Origin: an uncultured Planctomycetaceae bacterium
Lineage (GTDB): Bacteria; Planctomycetota; Planctomycetia; Planctomycetales; Planctomycetaceae
Reading direction: 5' to 3'
NCBI GenBank assembly: GCA_963815195.1
Contig: CAWFGE010000010.1
Location: 224,001 to 288,000 of the forward strand
DNA length: 64,000 bases
The position numbers were made by a program, and so were the translations under genes. Below are positions 50,998 through 62,505 of the stretch, piece by piece. Positions within the stretch are counted from its first letter, which is position 1. Each line of letters opens with the position of its first letter. The notes below the pieces were generated by a model that worked only from the letters and a program-made list of their open reading frames with translations, had not been told where the DNA came from and did not search any database.

Positions 50998-51396
50998 TTA
51001 TGTCAGAGTCGCGACGGGAACTTCCCAGTCACGCTCCAACTCGGCCCCGTCGACAAAGCGGGGCACCTGGCGAATTGAGACGTCTCCCAGGTCGATTTCC
51101 TCCCGGATGTATGCCAATACATCGTTCGGGTCGGTTTGGCCACAGGTGAAGACGTCGAGAGCAATCATTCCCAGATCAGCGTAGCAGTGGGCCGAGCAGT
51201 GGCTCTCGTCAAGAACCACGACGGCCGTAAATCCTGGGGGAGAATTGTGGCCGAAATGATAGCGGACTTGCGAAATGACGTTCGCGCCGGCTTTTCTTGC
51301 CCCGCGCGCCATCGCGTCCAACATTGCGGCATCGTTCAGACAAACGTCCAAAGGGACGTTACGACAGTCGATAAGAAGATGCTTGCCTCTTTCCAA
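50998..51396 (-). CDS. speD: Pyruvoyl-dependent S-adenosylmethionine decarboxylase proenzyme family
   Basis: GKHLLID, GFTAVVVLDESH (E-S cleavage site), ALDVFTCG; probable TTG start 9 nt after GGAGG. Confidence 0.85.
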   Translation of the reverse strand: MERGKHLLIDCRNVPLDVCLNDAAMLDAMARGARKAGANVISQVRYHFGHNSPPGFTAVVVLDESHCSAHCYADLGMIALDVFTCGQTDPNDVLAYIREEIDLGDVSIRQVPRFVDGAELERDWEVPVATLT

Positions 51397-51805
51397 CTCA
51401 TAAACCCTCCCAGCTCGAAAGCCAGCCATGTGAACCCCAGACCCATTCGCTCCCGAGCGGTCGTTCTCCGCAAGGGACGAGATGGTGGGGTGATGAAACC
51501 GACACAAACGCGGTTCATCAAAATCTTAGAAGAGCAAAATGGTATCGACAGAATTCCGGCAAAGCAAGTAGAGAAATCCCAATTTTTTTCGCCCGAACCC
51601 TTGGCCGGCTCGGAGCTTACCGGACACCGCAATTCTTGGGGTTTTTCACCCGTCCGGCGTCCGGAACCGGCCCCAGCCGCCGGCATTTTCCCGGGGCTCA
51701 GCGGAAAAAAATCCGCTGGAGCCGGCCCAAGCCGCGGCGGACAAGAGTGTCCAACCCCGGCGGCCCCATTCCAGCGGAACGAAACGCGAGTTTCACACCG
51801 AGGTG

Positions 51806-53665
51806 CTATGAGCCTTTGAGCAGCTCGACCGTGTGCTGCGTCGCGCGTTTGACGTAATCGTGCTTGCTCTGTTTCGCCGCTTTTTCGAGTTCCGGGAGGG
51901 CCGCCTTCGCGGGTGCGCCGATGACCTCCAAAACGTTCGCCGCCCGCAGCGCCACCCATTGGTTGTCGTGATCCAGCAGCACGCCGAGGTGCTTCACGGC
52001 TTTGTCGGTTTCGCCCAGCGTCCACAACGCCTCCGCCGCGGCGATTTGCACGTCGGGGGATTCATCGCTGAGCCGTTTTTCCAACAGCGGTTTGACCGCG
52101 GGATCTTTGGCCGCCTTCTCACCCAGAATTACCGCCCCGGTCGCGGCCCAGTAGCGGACCACAGGACTTTCATCCTGCAAAAGGTCGGGGAGGATGATCT
52201 GGAACGCGGCGAGTTGTTTCGCATTACCGGTCGCGAGTTCCACGAGCGGCAAGATCCGCTCGAGCGGATACCGCTTCTCATCGCGGACCAATTCATAAAT
52301 CGAAGACCCTTCCGCTTCCCGCACCATCTCGCCTTCGGGAATAAAACCCGAATCGCGAATCGCCAAAAGATGCTCCTGATTCGCCTCCCGCAGGCGCTCC
52401 AACGCGTCGGTAAATCTCGGATCGTTCGCCAGGTTGTGGACTTCCCAGGGGTCGGCTTTCGTATCGTAAAGCTCTTCCGGCGGCTTGGGTTCCCAGAAGA
52501 ACCTCTGCGGGCCGACGCATTTCCCGGCTTTGTACGCCGACTCCCAAGACACCGTCGTCGCCATCTTCCACAGGTATTGCAGATGCTGCCCGTAGATGCG
52601 GTGCGGGTTGTAGTTGCGGATGTATTTGAACCTTTTGTCGCGCACGGCCCGTGAGAAGTCGTACCGCTCGTCCATGCGGCCGCGGAGATGATAAACGTAC
52701 TCCCTCGGCTTCGTCGTCTGTTCGCCCAAGAATGCCTGGCCCTGCAGGTGGTCGGGCACGCGAATGCCCGCGAGGCTCAAGAGCGTGGGGGCAAAATCGA
52801 CAAAGCTCACCAACCGGTCCGTCCGCGAACCGGCACCGCTGGGCGCCAGGTGGGCGAAGTTCTTGCCGAAGCGGACAATCAAAGGCACATGCACGCCGGT
52901 GTCGTACAGAAAGCGTTTGGACCGCGTGAGAATCCCGCCGTGGTCGGAATAGTAAAACACGATGGTGTCATCTTTGAGGCCGTCTTTTTCGAGCCGATCC
53001 AGAATCTCCCCGACCTCGCCGTCCATGCGGGTGATGATTTTATGGTACATCGCCCAGTTCGCCCGGATCTCCGGCGTGTCGGGATGATAGGGCGGGATCG
53101 TGACTTTGGCCTCGAACAGGCTTTTATCCAGCGGCTTGTGCAGCGAGCTTTCGTGGCTCGTGCCCAGGTTATAGACCGCAAAAAACGGCTGGCCGGCTTT
53201 CCGCTTGTGATAATCGCCCTTGGTCATCTGGTTCCACGCATCTTGCTGATACGGGCTGAGGTTGTAGTCGGTTTTGGAGTTGTTCGAGCAGTAATAGCCG
53301 GCGTCTTTGAGGTACTGGGAATAAAACGGAATCTTTTCGGGCGGGACGTAGTTTTTGCTCCGCATGTGCTGCGTGCCGAGGGAACTCGCATACATGCCGG
53401 TGATGAGCGTGCAGCGGTTCGGAGCGCACACGGGCACGTTGGCGAAGGCGTTTTCGTACAAAATTCCCTCGGACGCCAACTGGTCGAGCCGGGGCGTGTG
53501 GGCGTCTTCGCAGCCGTAGCAGCCGAGGTACGTGGAGTTGTCTTCGGAGACGATCCACAAAATGTTGGGCTTCTTCGGCGCATCTTGGGCCGAAACCAGT
53601 GAAGTCAAACCGCCGCACAGAAGCGCGGCGGCGACAAGGTGTTTCAAAACAAGTTTGGGATGCAT
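51806..53665 (-). CDS. Secreted sulfatase with C-terminal HEAT repeats
   Basis: Signal peptide; PNILWIVSED, CAPNRCTLITG (CxPxR), SDHG, ELYD..ADPWE; HEAT-like DESPVVRYWAA, DESPDVQIAAA. Confidence 0.92.
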   Translation of the reverse strand: MHPKLVLKHLVAAALLCGGLTSLVSAQDAPKKPNILWIVSEDNSTYLGCYGCEDAHTPRLDQLASEGILYENAFANVPVCAPNRCTLITGMYASSLGTQHMRSKNYVPPEKIPFYSQYLKDAGYYCSNNSKTDYNLSPYQQDAWNQMTKGDYHKRKAGQPFFAVYNLGTSHESSLHKPLDKSLFEAKVTIPPYHPDTPEIRANWAMYHKIITRMDGEVGEILDRLEKDGLKDDTIVFYYSDHGGILTRSKRFLYDTGVHVPLIVRFGKNFAHLAPSGAGSRTDRLVSFVDFAPTLLSLAGIRVPDHLQGQAFLGEQTTKPREYVYHLRGRMDERYDFSRAVRDKRFKYIRNYNPHRIYGQHLQYLWKMATTVSWESAYKAGKCVGPQRFFWEPKPPEELYDTKADPWEVHNLANDPRFTDALERLREANQEHLLAIRDSGFIPEGEMVREAEGSSIYELVRDEKRYPLERILPLVELATGNAKQLAAFQIILPDLLQDESPVVRYWAATGAVILGEKAAKDPAVKPLLEKRLSDESPDVQIAAAEALWTLGETDKAVKHLGVLLDHDNQWVALRAANVLEVIGAPAKAALPELEKAAKQSKHDYVKRATQHTVELLKGS

Positions 53666-53809
53666 CAATCCGTCCTCTCCGGTGCCGGGTGAAAAATTGC
53701 CGTCTCGGTTTTGCGAAGGAGTTCTGGTCCCATTATGACCGCTCGCTGTTTGGCCGCAAGCATTGCGGCGGTTCGTTGCCAACCGGGGAGAGATTGCTAT
53801 GGTAGGCGG

Positions 53810-54967
53810 ATGCTCGCTGTCGTTCTTTCGTTCGATCAATTCCCGCTTCGGCTGTTGGGGTGTTATGGAGACCCGGCGGTCCGCACGCCCACGTTCAACC
53901 GCATGGCGGCGGCCGGGTTCGTGTTCGATCAGCACTTCGGCGAGGATTTTTCGCGTGCTCCGGCCGGGCACGCGTGGTGGAGCGGGTGTTATCATTTTCC
54001 CCGCGCGGAATCGCCGCTGGTTTCCAAGAGGCCTTCGCTGCCCAGGCTATTGAACGAAGCCGGCGTCGAGACCCGCTGGATGGCCGATGAGGTTTCCTCG
54101 CCGCTCGTTCCCTGCCCGGAGGGTCCGCTCACCCAGGTCGATTCCTTCGCGGACCTTATACATCACGGGACCGAGGTTGTGAGCGAATGGGCGAATGACG
54201 ACCGCCCCCGCTTACTCTGGCTCAAAGCGGGCAACTCGGCCTGGGAAACTCAAAACCGGCCGACCGAGGCCCCCAACCAAGCCGAGTGGTCCCATGAAGA
54301 TTGGGCTGTCTACCGGGGCGCGATGACCGCCTGCGTGGAGCAAATCGACGGACTCCTGGAGCCGTTTTGGGACCAGGTGCGCAAATTGGCGGCCATGCAT
54401 TCGGTTTTATTTCTCTTCACCGCCAGCCGCGGGATGCCGCTGGGAGAGCGGGCGTCCATGTCATCATCCCAGGCAAATTGGGGCGAGGAATCCGTACATC
54501 TGCCACTGCTGGTGTTTCTCTCCGGAGTGGAAGGGGGCGAAAGGCGGCAGGTGTTCACTCAAACGCTGGATTTGCCGGCAATGCTGCTGGAATTCCTGGC
54601 ACAAAACCCGCAGGCTGCGATGGAAGGCTTGAGTTTTTTGCCGACTTTTTTTGAAAAAAAACTCGAAAAACAGCGGGAATACATAACTTGTGGCTGTGAT
54701 GGGACTTGGGACGCGATCCGCACCCAGGAATTCCATCTGGTCCGCCTACTGGACCGGGAAAATCCCGATACGCCCACGGCTTGTTTATTTCTCAAACCGG
54801 ACGATATTTGGGACCGGCACGATGGGGCGGCCCAAGAGCCGGAGATGACGGAAATCCTTTCTGCGGAATTAGATGCGTTTGAGGACGCCGCCAAAAACCA
54901 ATGCCCGCTCCCCAGGGATTTGCCCGGTTTGGCCGCGCGGATTTGTAAGGAAAAGAAGCCGGGTTAA
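53810..54967 (+). CDS. Alkaline phosphatase/sulfatase-fold protein lacking the CxPxR motif
   Basis: LGCYGD..VRTPTFNRMAA.GFVF, D, FTASRG..LGE, HLPLL, TLDLPAML; no Cys/Ser-x-P-x-R. Confidence 0.75.
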   Translation: MLAVVLSFDQFPLRLLGCYGDPAVRTPTFNRMAAAGFVFDQHFGEDFSRAPAGHAWWSGCYHFPRAESPLVSKRPSLPRLLNEAGVETRWMADEVSSPLVPCPEGPLTQVDSFADLIHHGTEVVSEWANDDRPRLLWLKAGNSAWETQNRPTEAPNQAEWSHEDWAVYRGAMTACVEQIDGLLEPFWDQVRKLAAMHSVLFLFTASRGMPLGERASMSSSQANWGEESVHLPLLVFLSGVEGGERRQVFTQTLDLPAMLLEFLAQNPQAAMEGLSFLPTFFEKKLEKQREYITCGCDGTWDAIRTQEFHLVRLLDRENPDTPTACLFLKPDDIWDRHDGAAQEPEMTEILSAELDAFEDAAKNQCPLPRDLPGLAARICKEKKPG

Positions 54968-55194
54968 ATAGAGGGATTGGTTTTTCCGTGAATTCTTGGT
55001 GAGGTTTCCGCCTGTGGTTCGTCGTTTCGTTGCGGGAAATTCCGCGCCGTGTTCCAGCCCACCGAATTGAAACCCGGCACCCAATCTGCTCGAATGGATT
55101 CAGCGGAATTTTTTTCCCGACTTCCCAATTCCGCCATTTTCCAAAGACTCCGTCTTTTCCTCCCGGCACTCATTCTTGAAGGAAAACGCCTCTT

Positions 55195-56256
<1,062 letters not shown>

Positions 56257-57144
56257 GGAACTGTCCCGCATCGGGCGGCTGGAGGTCCGGGCCCGGCACA
56301 TCGTGGAAGGCTTTATCACCGGGATTCACCGCAGCCCCTATTTCGGGCAGTCGGTCGAGTTCGTGCAGCACCGCGAATACACCCCCGGCGACGATGTCCG
56401 CCGCATCGATTGGAAAGTCTGGTCCAAGACCGACAAGTACTACCTCAAGTTGTTCGAAGAGGACACCAACCTGCGGACCACGCTGGTCGTGGACCTCAGC
56501 GAATCGATGATGTTCGGCTCCTCCAAAAAGGGCATGAACAAATACGAATACGGCTGCACCATCGCCGCGGCTCTCGCGTACCTCCTGCTCAAGCAGCAGG
56601 ACGCGGTGAGCCTCGTCGCATTCGACGAGGGCATCCGCAAGGTCGTCCCGCCCCGCAGCCGGCAGAACCATTTGTTCGCGCTGCTCGCGGCGCTCGATTC
56701 GGAAAACCCCGAAAAGAAAACGGACATGTACGATGTTCTGAAGTACGTGGCCGAGGAAAAAAACCAGAAGGGGATGGTAATCCTGATTTCCGATTTGTTC
56801 GTGCCGCGGGAACCTTTGTTTAAGGGGCTGAAGTTGCTCCGGCATCGCGGGCACGACGTGATGTTGTTTCACGTGATGGATGACGAGGAACTCGACTTCA
56901 ACTACGCCGGCACCACGAAGTTTTTGGGCATGGAGGAAATGGGCGATTTGGTGTGCGATCCCCGCGCCTGCGGCAGGGCTATCAAGATGCGGTCCGGGAT
57001 TTTCTGGACGGCCTGAAAACGCACTGTGCGAAGAACCTGATCGATTATCAGACCATCCGCACGAGCGAATACCTCGACGCCGCGCTCGCCCACTACATGA
57101 ACCACCGCCTCGGCATGCGGCAGACGGTGCGGAACTAATGACTA

Positions 57145-57375
57145 ATGACCAGCATCGGGGCGAACTATGGCGAAGCCGATGAATCGGGCACGAAGAAGGA
57201 GTTTCGTTACCCGAGCAGTTTGTGCACACGTGAAGCGCGCGAGACAAAGCATTCGCTGCGGATGCTCGTTGCTGCGGCGCCTGGACGAAAAGAAGCCGCC
57301 CGTGTTTTCTGGAAAGAAGCCAACGAATTGACCCTCATCTTCGCGGCAATCCATCGAAATAGCAACGACGGCTAG
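57145..57375 (+). pseudogene. N-terminally truncated four-helix-bundle (23S rRNA IVP / bAvd-like, TIGR02436-type) gene
   Basis: TSIGANYGEA...KKEF......REARETKH.LRML...KEANEL..IF matches the C-terminal part of the family; flanked by inverted AATGAC(C/T) heptamer arms. Confidence 0.8.
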
Positions 57376-57459
57376 TCGCCAATGCCTTCATTGGTCATTG
57401 GGATTTGGTCATTGGTCATTACTAGATTTTTAAATAGATTCTTGCTGTAGATAAAACTC

Positions 57460-59845
57460 ATGGGACCACTCGTTACCGCAATCTCGCCGTTCTTTATGCA
57501 CCCGGTGATGTTCGCCGTGGGCAGCACGCTGGTGGCTTCGCCGATCATCATCCATCTCATCAACCGCATGCGGTTTCGCCGGGTGCGGTTTGCGGCGATG
57601 GAGTTTTTGCTTCAGGCCGAGCAGCGAAACCGCCGGCGGCTGCTGCTCGAGCAGCTTTTGCTGCTCTTGTTGCGGATTTTGATTGTGCTGGCGATTTTGG
57701 CGCTTTTGGCCCGGCTGATTTTGGATCCCCGGCTGACCGTGTTCGGCGGCGAAGGCAAAGCCCATCATCTGGTCGTCCTGGACGACTCCGCCTCCATGTG
57801 GAACCGCTGGGGCGACACCACCGCGTTTGAAGAAGCCAAGAAAGTCATCCGCAAGCTGGTCCGCGAAGGCGCCAATCGCCCGCAGACGCAGAAGTTCTCG
57901 ATGGTCCTGCTCTCGAAGCCCAACGATTTCTTCATCGCCGAGAAAGACGTCGATGATGAACTGCTCCGGGATCTGGAAGAGAAGCTCGAAAACCTGACGC
58001 CCTCGTACCGCCGGCCCGATTTGCTCGCCGGGATGGAAATCGCCGGCCAGCATCTGCGGAAGGACCGCGCGGTCATCAAGCATTTGCACGTCTTGTCCGA
58101 CTTCCGCGAAGAGGATTGGCAAGGCAAAGAAGCCTTGGGCGATGTGATGTCCAAACTGAGCGACGACAACATCTCCATCAATCTGATCCGCAGCGTGGAG
58201 CAGCAGCTCCCGAACCTGGGGCTGACGACTCTCGACGGCGATCTGCACGCGGCCGCGGTGGGCGTGCCGGTGCGTCTGAAAATCGGCGTGACGAATTTCG
58301 GCAGCCAGGTCGTCGAGAATGTCCGCGCCACCGTTGTGGTGGACGGCGAAAAACTGCCCCTCAGCGTGTCGTTCCCCAAGATCGAAGGCGGGCAGGAAGA
58401 CGTGGAAATCCAGGATTTGACCTTCAATACCGAAGGCCTGCACCGCGTGCAGGTCCAGTTGGAGGATGATTCCCTCAAATCGGACAACGAGCGATATTCT
58501 GTCGCTCAACATCCCGCTCAAGAACAACGTGCTGCTCGTGTCGGGAAACACGGTGGGCGACGATGTGCTGACGACGCAGATCGCCCTCGCTCCCACAGAG
58601 GACCTCACGGGGATTTCGTCGGTCATCGTGCAGCCGGACTTTCTGCGAAGGGAGTCTCTCGCGAGGTTCCGTTCGATCTATATGATCAACGTTCCCGAAA
58701 TCCCCCCCGATGCGCTGCCGCAGTTGGAATCCTTCGTCCGCGGCGGCGGCGGGCTGGTGTGGTTCCTGGGCGAGAACATCAAGGTCGATCACTACAACAA
58801 AGTCCTCGCCAAGATGGAACTCAACAAAGAGAACCAACTCGTGCGGCTCGAGGATTCGCTGTTTCCCGTGATGCTCGGCAACACGCATGTCGAGTTGGAG
58901 CGCGACGAGACCGTCACGGCTCCGGATTTGAGCTTTGCTTCCCATCCGATCTTCAACAACACCTTCAAGAAGGACAACCCGCTCATCGCGGGCGTGACGG
59001 TGACGGGCTACATGCCGGTGGTGAAGGAGTGGATCAAGGACGATGCCCAGCGGAAAGACGGCGTGACGACCGTGGGCTACACCCGCGACGGGGCTCCGAT
59101 TGCGTTCGATCACCGCTTCGGCAAGGGGCGGGTGATGACGTTTCTCACCTCGGCCGGTGCGCCGTGGAACAACCTCGAAAAGACCCCCGTGTTTGCCCTG
59201 TTGATTCAAGAGATGCAAAAATACGTCGCCCGGCCGGATGAGGAAAAACGCGCCCGGCAGATCGGCGAGCCGATCGAACTCGAACTGCCCGCGCTCGATT
59301 ACGATCCCGAAATGGAATGGATCCTGCCCGGCACCCAAGGCACCAGGCCCCATACGATGGAACGCCGGGAAGGCGAGCCGCAATCCGCAGCGGACGGCGC
59401 GGGCCAGAAAACCACCGAGACACCGACCGAAGCGGCTCCCCAAGACGGCGAAGCCCCGGACGCGGCTCTTTCCGAGGAAAAGCCCACGAACACGGCGTAT
59501 TTGTACGGCCGGTATAACGATACCGATTTCGCCGGGATCTACGGCTATAAAGTCCGGCCGCTGATCGAGGGACTGCCGGACAAGGGCGAGTTCGCGTACA
59601 ATGTGGCTCCCGAAGAAGGCAGCATGAAGCTCGCCACCGATGAGGAAATCCGCAAGCATCTCGAGCCCGAAGCCCGCGTGGCGATTCGCGAATACGGCGA
59701 TACCAGCTACATCGACGAGGGCGTGGATCCCGGACAGGAAGTCCGCAACTACCTGATGTATCTCCTGTTGTTTTTGTTGATTGCCGAGCAGGCGATGGCC
59801 TATCGGCTCAGTTATCACCCCGAAACGGCGGAAGCCCCCGCATGA
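57460..59845 (+). CDS. BatA-domain / vWA membrane protein, frameshift near 58497
   Basis: PIIIHLINR.R.RRV.FAAMEFL (BatA), LDDSASM (MIDAS-like), LSDF; Ig-like and GATase-like regions; C-terminal TM. Confidence 0.88.
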
Positions 59846-62434
59846 CCCCTGTGCTCAGTCCACTGATGAATTCCCCGCTCCTGGTATGGGCCGCCGAAGA
59901 AACCGGCACAACCACGGAGAAATTCCAGTACGACCTGCCCAAGACGTTCGAGCAATGGCTGTTGCTCGTGGTCGTCGCGGTGGCGCTCGTGGCGTATGTC
60001 GTCTGGATGTATATCCGCGACACGCGGACGATGCACTGGTTTTGGCGCGGCTGGCTGACGGTTCTTAGGCTCGCCGTCGTCGCGGGGCTCGCGGTGATCT
60101 TTCTCAATCCGCATATCCGCAGCCAGGAAACCGTCTACCGCCCGTCGCAGGTGGCGATTGTCCCGGACATCTCGTTGTCGATGCGGTTTCCCGCCGAGGA
60201 CCGCACGGACGCCGGCACCCTGCCGCCCGGCACCGAAGTCTCGCGCCGATGCGGTGGCCAAGTTGCTGGCGGACACGCCTCTCTTGGAGAAGCTCAGCGA
60301 AACGCACCAGGTGAAGTTTTTTACGTTGGGGCAACGCCTCGAAGAAAGCCGGCCGGATCTCCAGGCCAAAAACGATCCCCTCATCCAAAAGAAACTTGCG
60401 GAAGAGGCCAAACAGGAACCAGCCGGCCACCAGCCCAAGGCCGAAGAGAAAAAAACCGATCTCAAGTCCCTGGACGATTGGAACACGGAACTTAAACCCC
60501 GCGACCAGGTCACGCGGCTGGGCGAATCATTGCTCGAGTTGATGCGGACGTTCCGGGGCGATACGGTCTCGGGGATTGTGATTTTCACCGACGGCGGATT
60601 GAACGCCGGGGCCGGTTACGAAAGCATCATCCAAGCCGCGAAAGACGCCGGCGGCCGCAAGGGGGCGAATTTGAAAATCTTCGCGGTGGGCGTGGGCAGC
60701 ACGAAGCCGCAGCCGAACCTTCGCATCGCCAATTTGGAAGCCCCCACGCAGGTGCATACGAAGGACAAGTTTGAGATCATCACCCGCCTGCAGGGGCAGA
60801 ACCTGGAAGGCAAGGAAGTTGAGGTGATCCTCAAAGCGCAATACGACGAAGGCGGTTCGCTGTCGACGCCCCGCGAGGTCGCCCGCAAGACGGTGACGCT
60901 CGGCAAGGTTGGCATGGCGGAAAAGGTCAGCTTCGATCAGGCCCTCGAGGAAACCGCCACCCTTCGCTACACCGTGGAAGCCAACCTGCTCGATCCGGTC
61001 GCGGAACTCAAGAAGGACGACAACGTGAAGAGCGCAAATGTGGTCATCAGCGACCGCAAGACCCGCGTGCTGTTGGTGGCCGGCGGTCCGATGCGCGACT
61101 ACCGGTTCTTGTGCTCGATCGTCGCGCGGAACCCGTCGTTCCGCGGTCGGGCGTTTCTGCAAACGGTCGATCCGGCCACGTTCGAGTCCGTCAGCCAGAA
61201 CCTGGAACTGATCGACGAGTTTCCCTCGACGATGGAAGAGCTCAACGGTTCGGCCGACGCGAACGACGACACCAAGGGCTACGATGTCATCGTGTTCTTC
61301 GATCCGGATTGGAAATCGCTCCACGATCTCCAGCCGCAGGCGATTCCGCTGCTCCAGCGGTGGGTCAGCGACTTCTCCGGCGGGGTGATTTTCGTGGCGG
61401 GCGACGTTTATACGCCGGACCTGGCCGCGGCGGGCGATGCGGGCGACAGCCTGGAGCCGGTGCATATCCTGTATCCCGTGTTCCTAAGCGCGAGTTCGTT
61501 CTTCGATTTGCAGTTGGACAACGATTCCGATCAGCCCTGGCACGTGAAGATGACCGACGCCGGCTATGCCGCGAGCTTTTTGCAGGTCACCGACAACCCC
61601 TCCGAGAACCGCGACTTCTGGGACGAGGAGTTCGAGGGCTTTTACCGCTGCTATCCCACGGCCGGGGCGAAGACCGGGGCGACGGTGTATGCCACCTTCC
61701 CGGACACCCGCCTCGTCGAAGGCAGCGGTCCGCCGATTTTGATCGCCTCGCAGATGTACGGCTCGGGCAAGTCGATGTACCTCGGCAGCGGCGAAACCTG
61801 GCGGCTGCGGGCGGTCTCGAACACCTACCACGAACGGCTGTGGACCAAGCTGATCCGCGAAGCCGGCGAAGGCCGGCGGAGCAAAGGCCGCAGCCCCGTC
61901 AGCCTCGCCGTCGAGAAAGAAGTCCAGCTCGGCACCAACGTCCGCGTGGAAGCGGAAGTCATGGACGCCACCTTCCAGCCGACCGAATACGATTCCGTCA
62001 AGGCGCAGCTCATCAATCCGCGGGGCGATGTCGTGTTTCCGGAACCGCAACTCTACCGCGACAAAAACCGGCCCGGCGTTTACATCGGCAACTTCCGCGC
62101 GACCGAGCTCGGCTGGTACACGCTCAAAATGCCCATCCCCGGCACCGAAAGCTACCGCGAAGAATCCGTGCAGGTCGTGTTCCCCGGCCTCGAAGACGTG
62201 GACACCGAGCAGGCCGTCGCCAAGCTGGCCGATTTGGCCCGGCAGACCGGCGGGCGATACCTCACCCTCCAAGATGCCGCCGAGGAGCTCCCCAAGCTGC
62301 TCAAAGACAAACACAAGATTGTCCCCGTGGACCAGCGAATCCAAACCCTCTGGGACCGCGATTGGGTGCTGTACGCCTTGGTCGCGGTGCTGTCCGTGGA
62401 ATGGCTGACAAGGAAACTATTGAAGTTGGCATAA
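59842..62434 (+). CDS. vWA / GATase-like membrane protein of the MoxR operon, frameshift near 60243
   Basis: Two N-terminal TMs, DISLSM, FTDG, VGVG, ETWRLR, TGGRY, EWLTRKLLKLA. Confidence 0.85.
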
Positions 62435-62505
62435 CCGGGAACTTGAACCGCAGGAATCGCGTCTGATCCATAGACGACTTTGAAAAACATTCAGCGAGAG
62501 ACATC

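Noticed and set aside
57137..57420. Diversity-generating retroelement (Avd-like gene)
   Set aside because: No reverse transcriptase and no template/variable repeat pair with adenine-specific mismatches were found in the window
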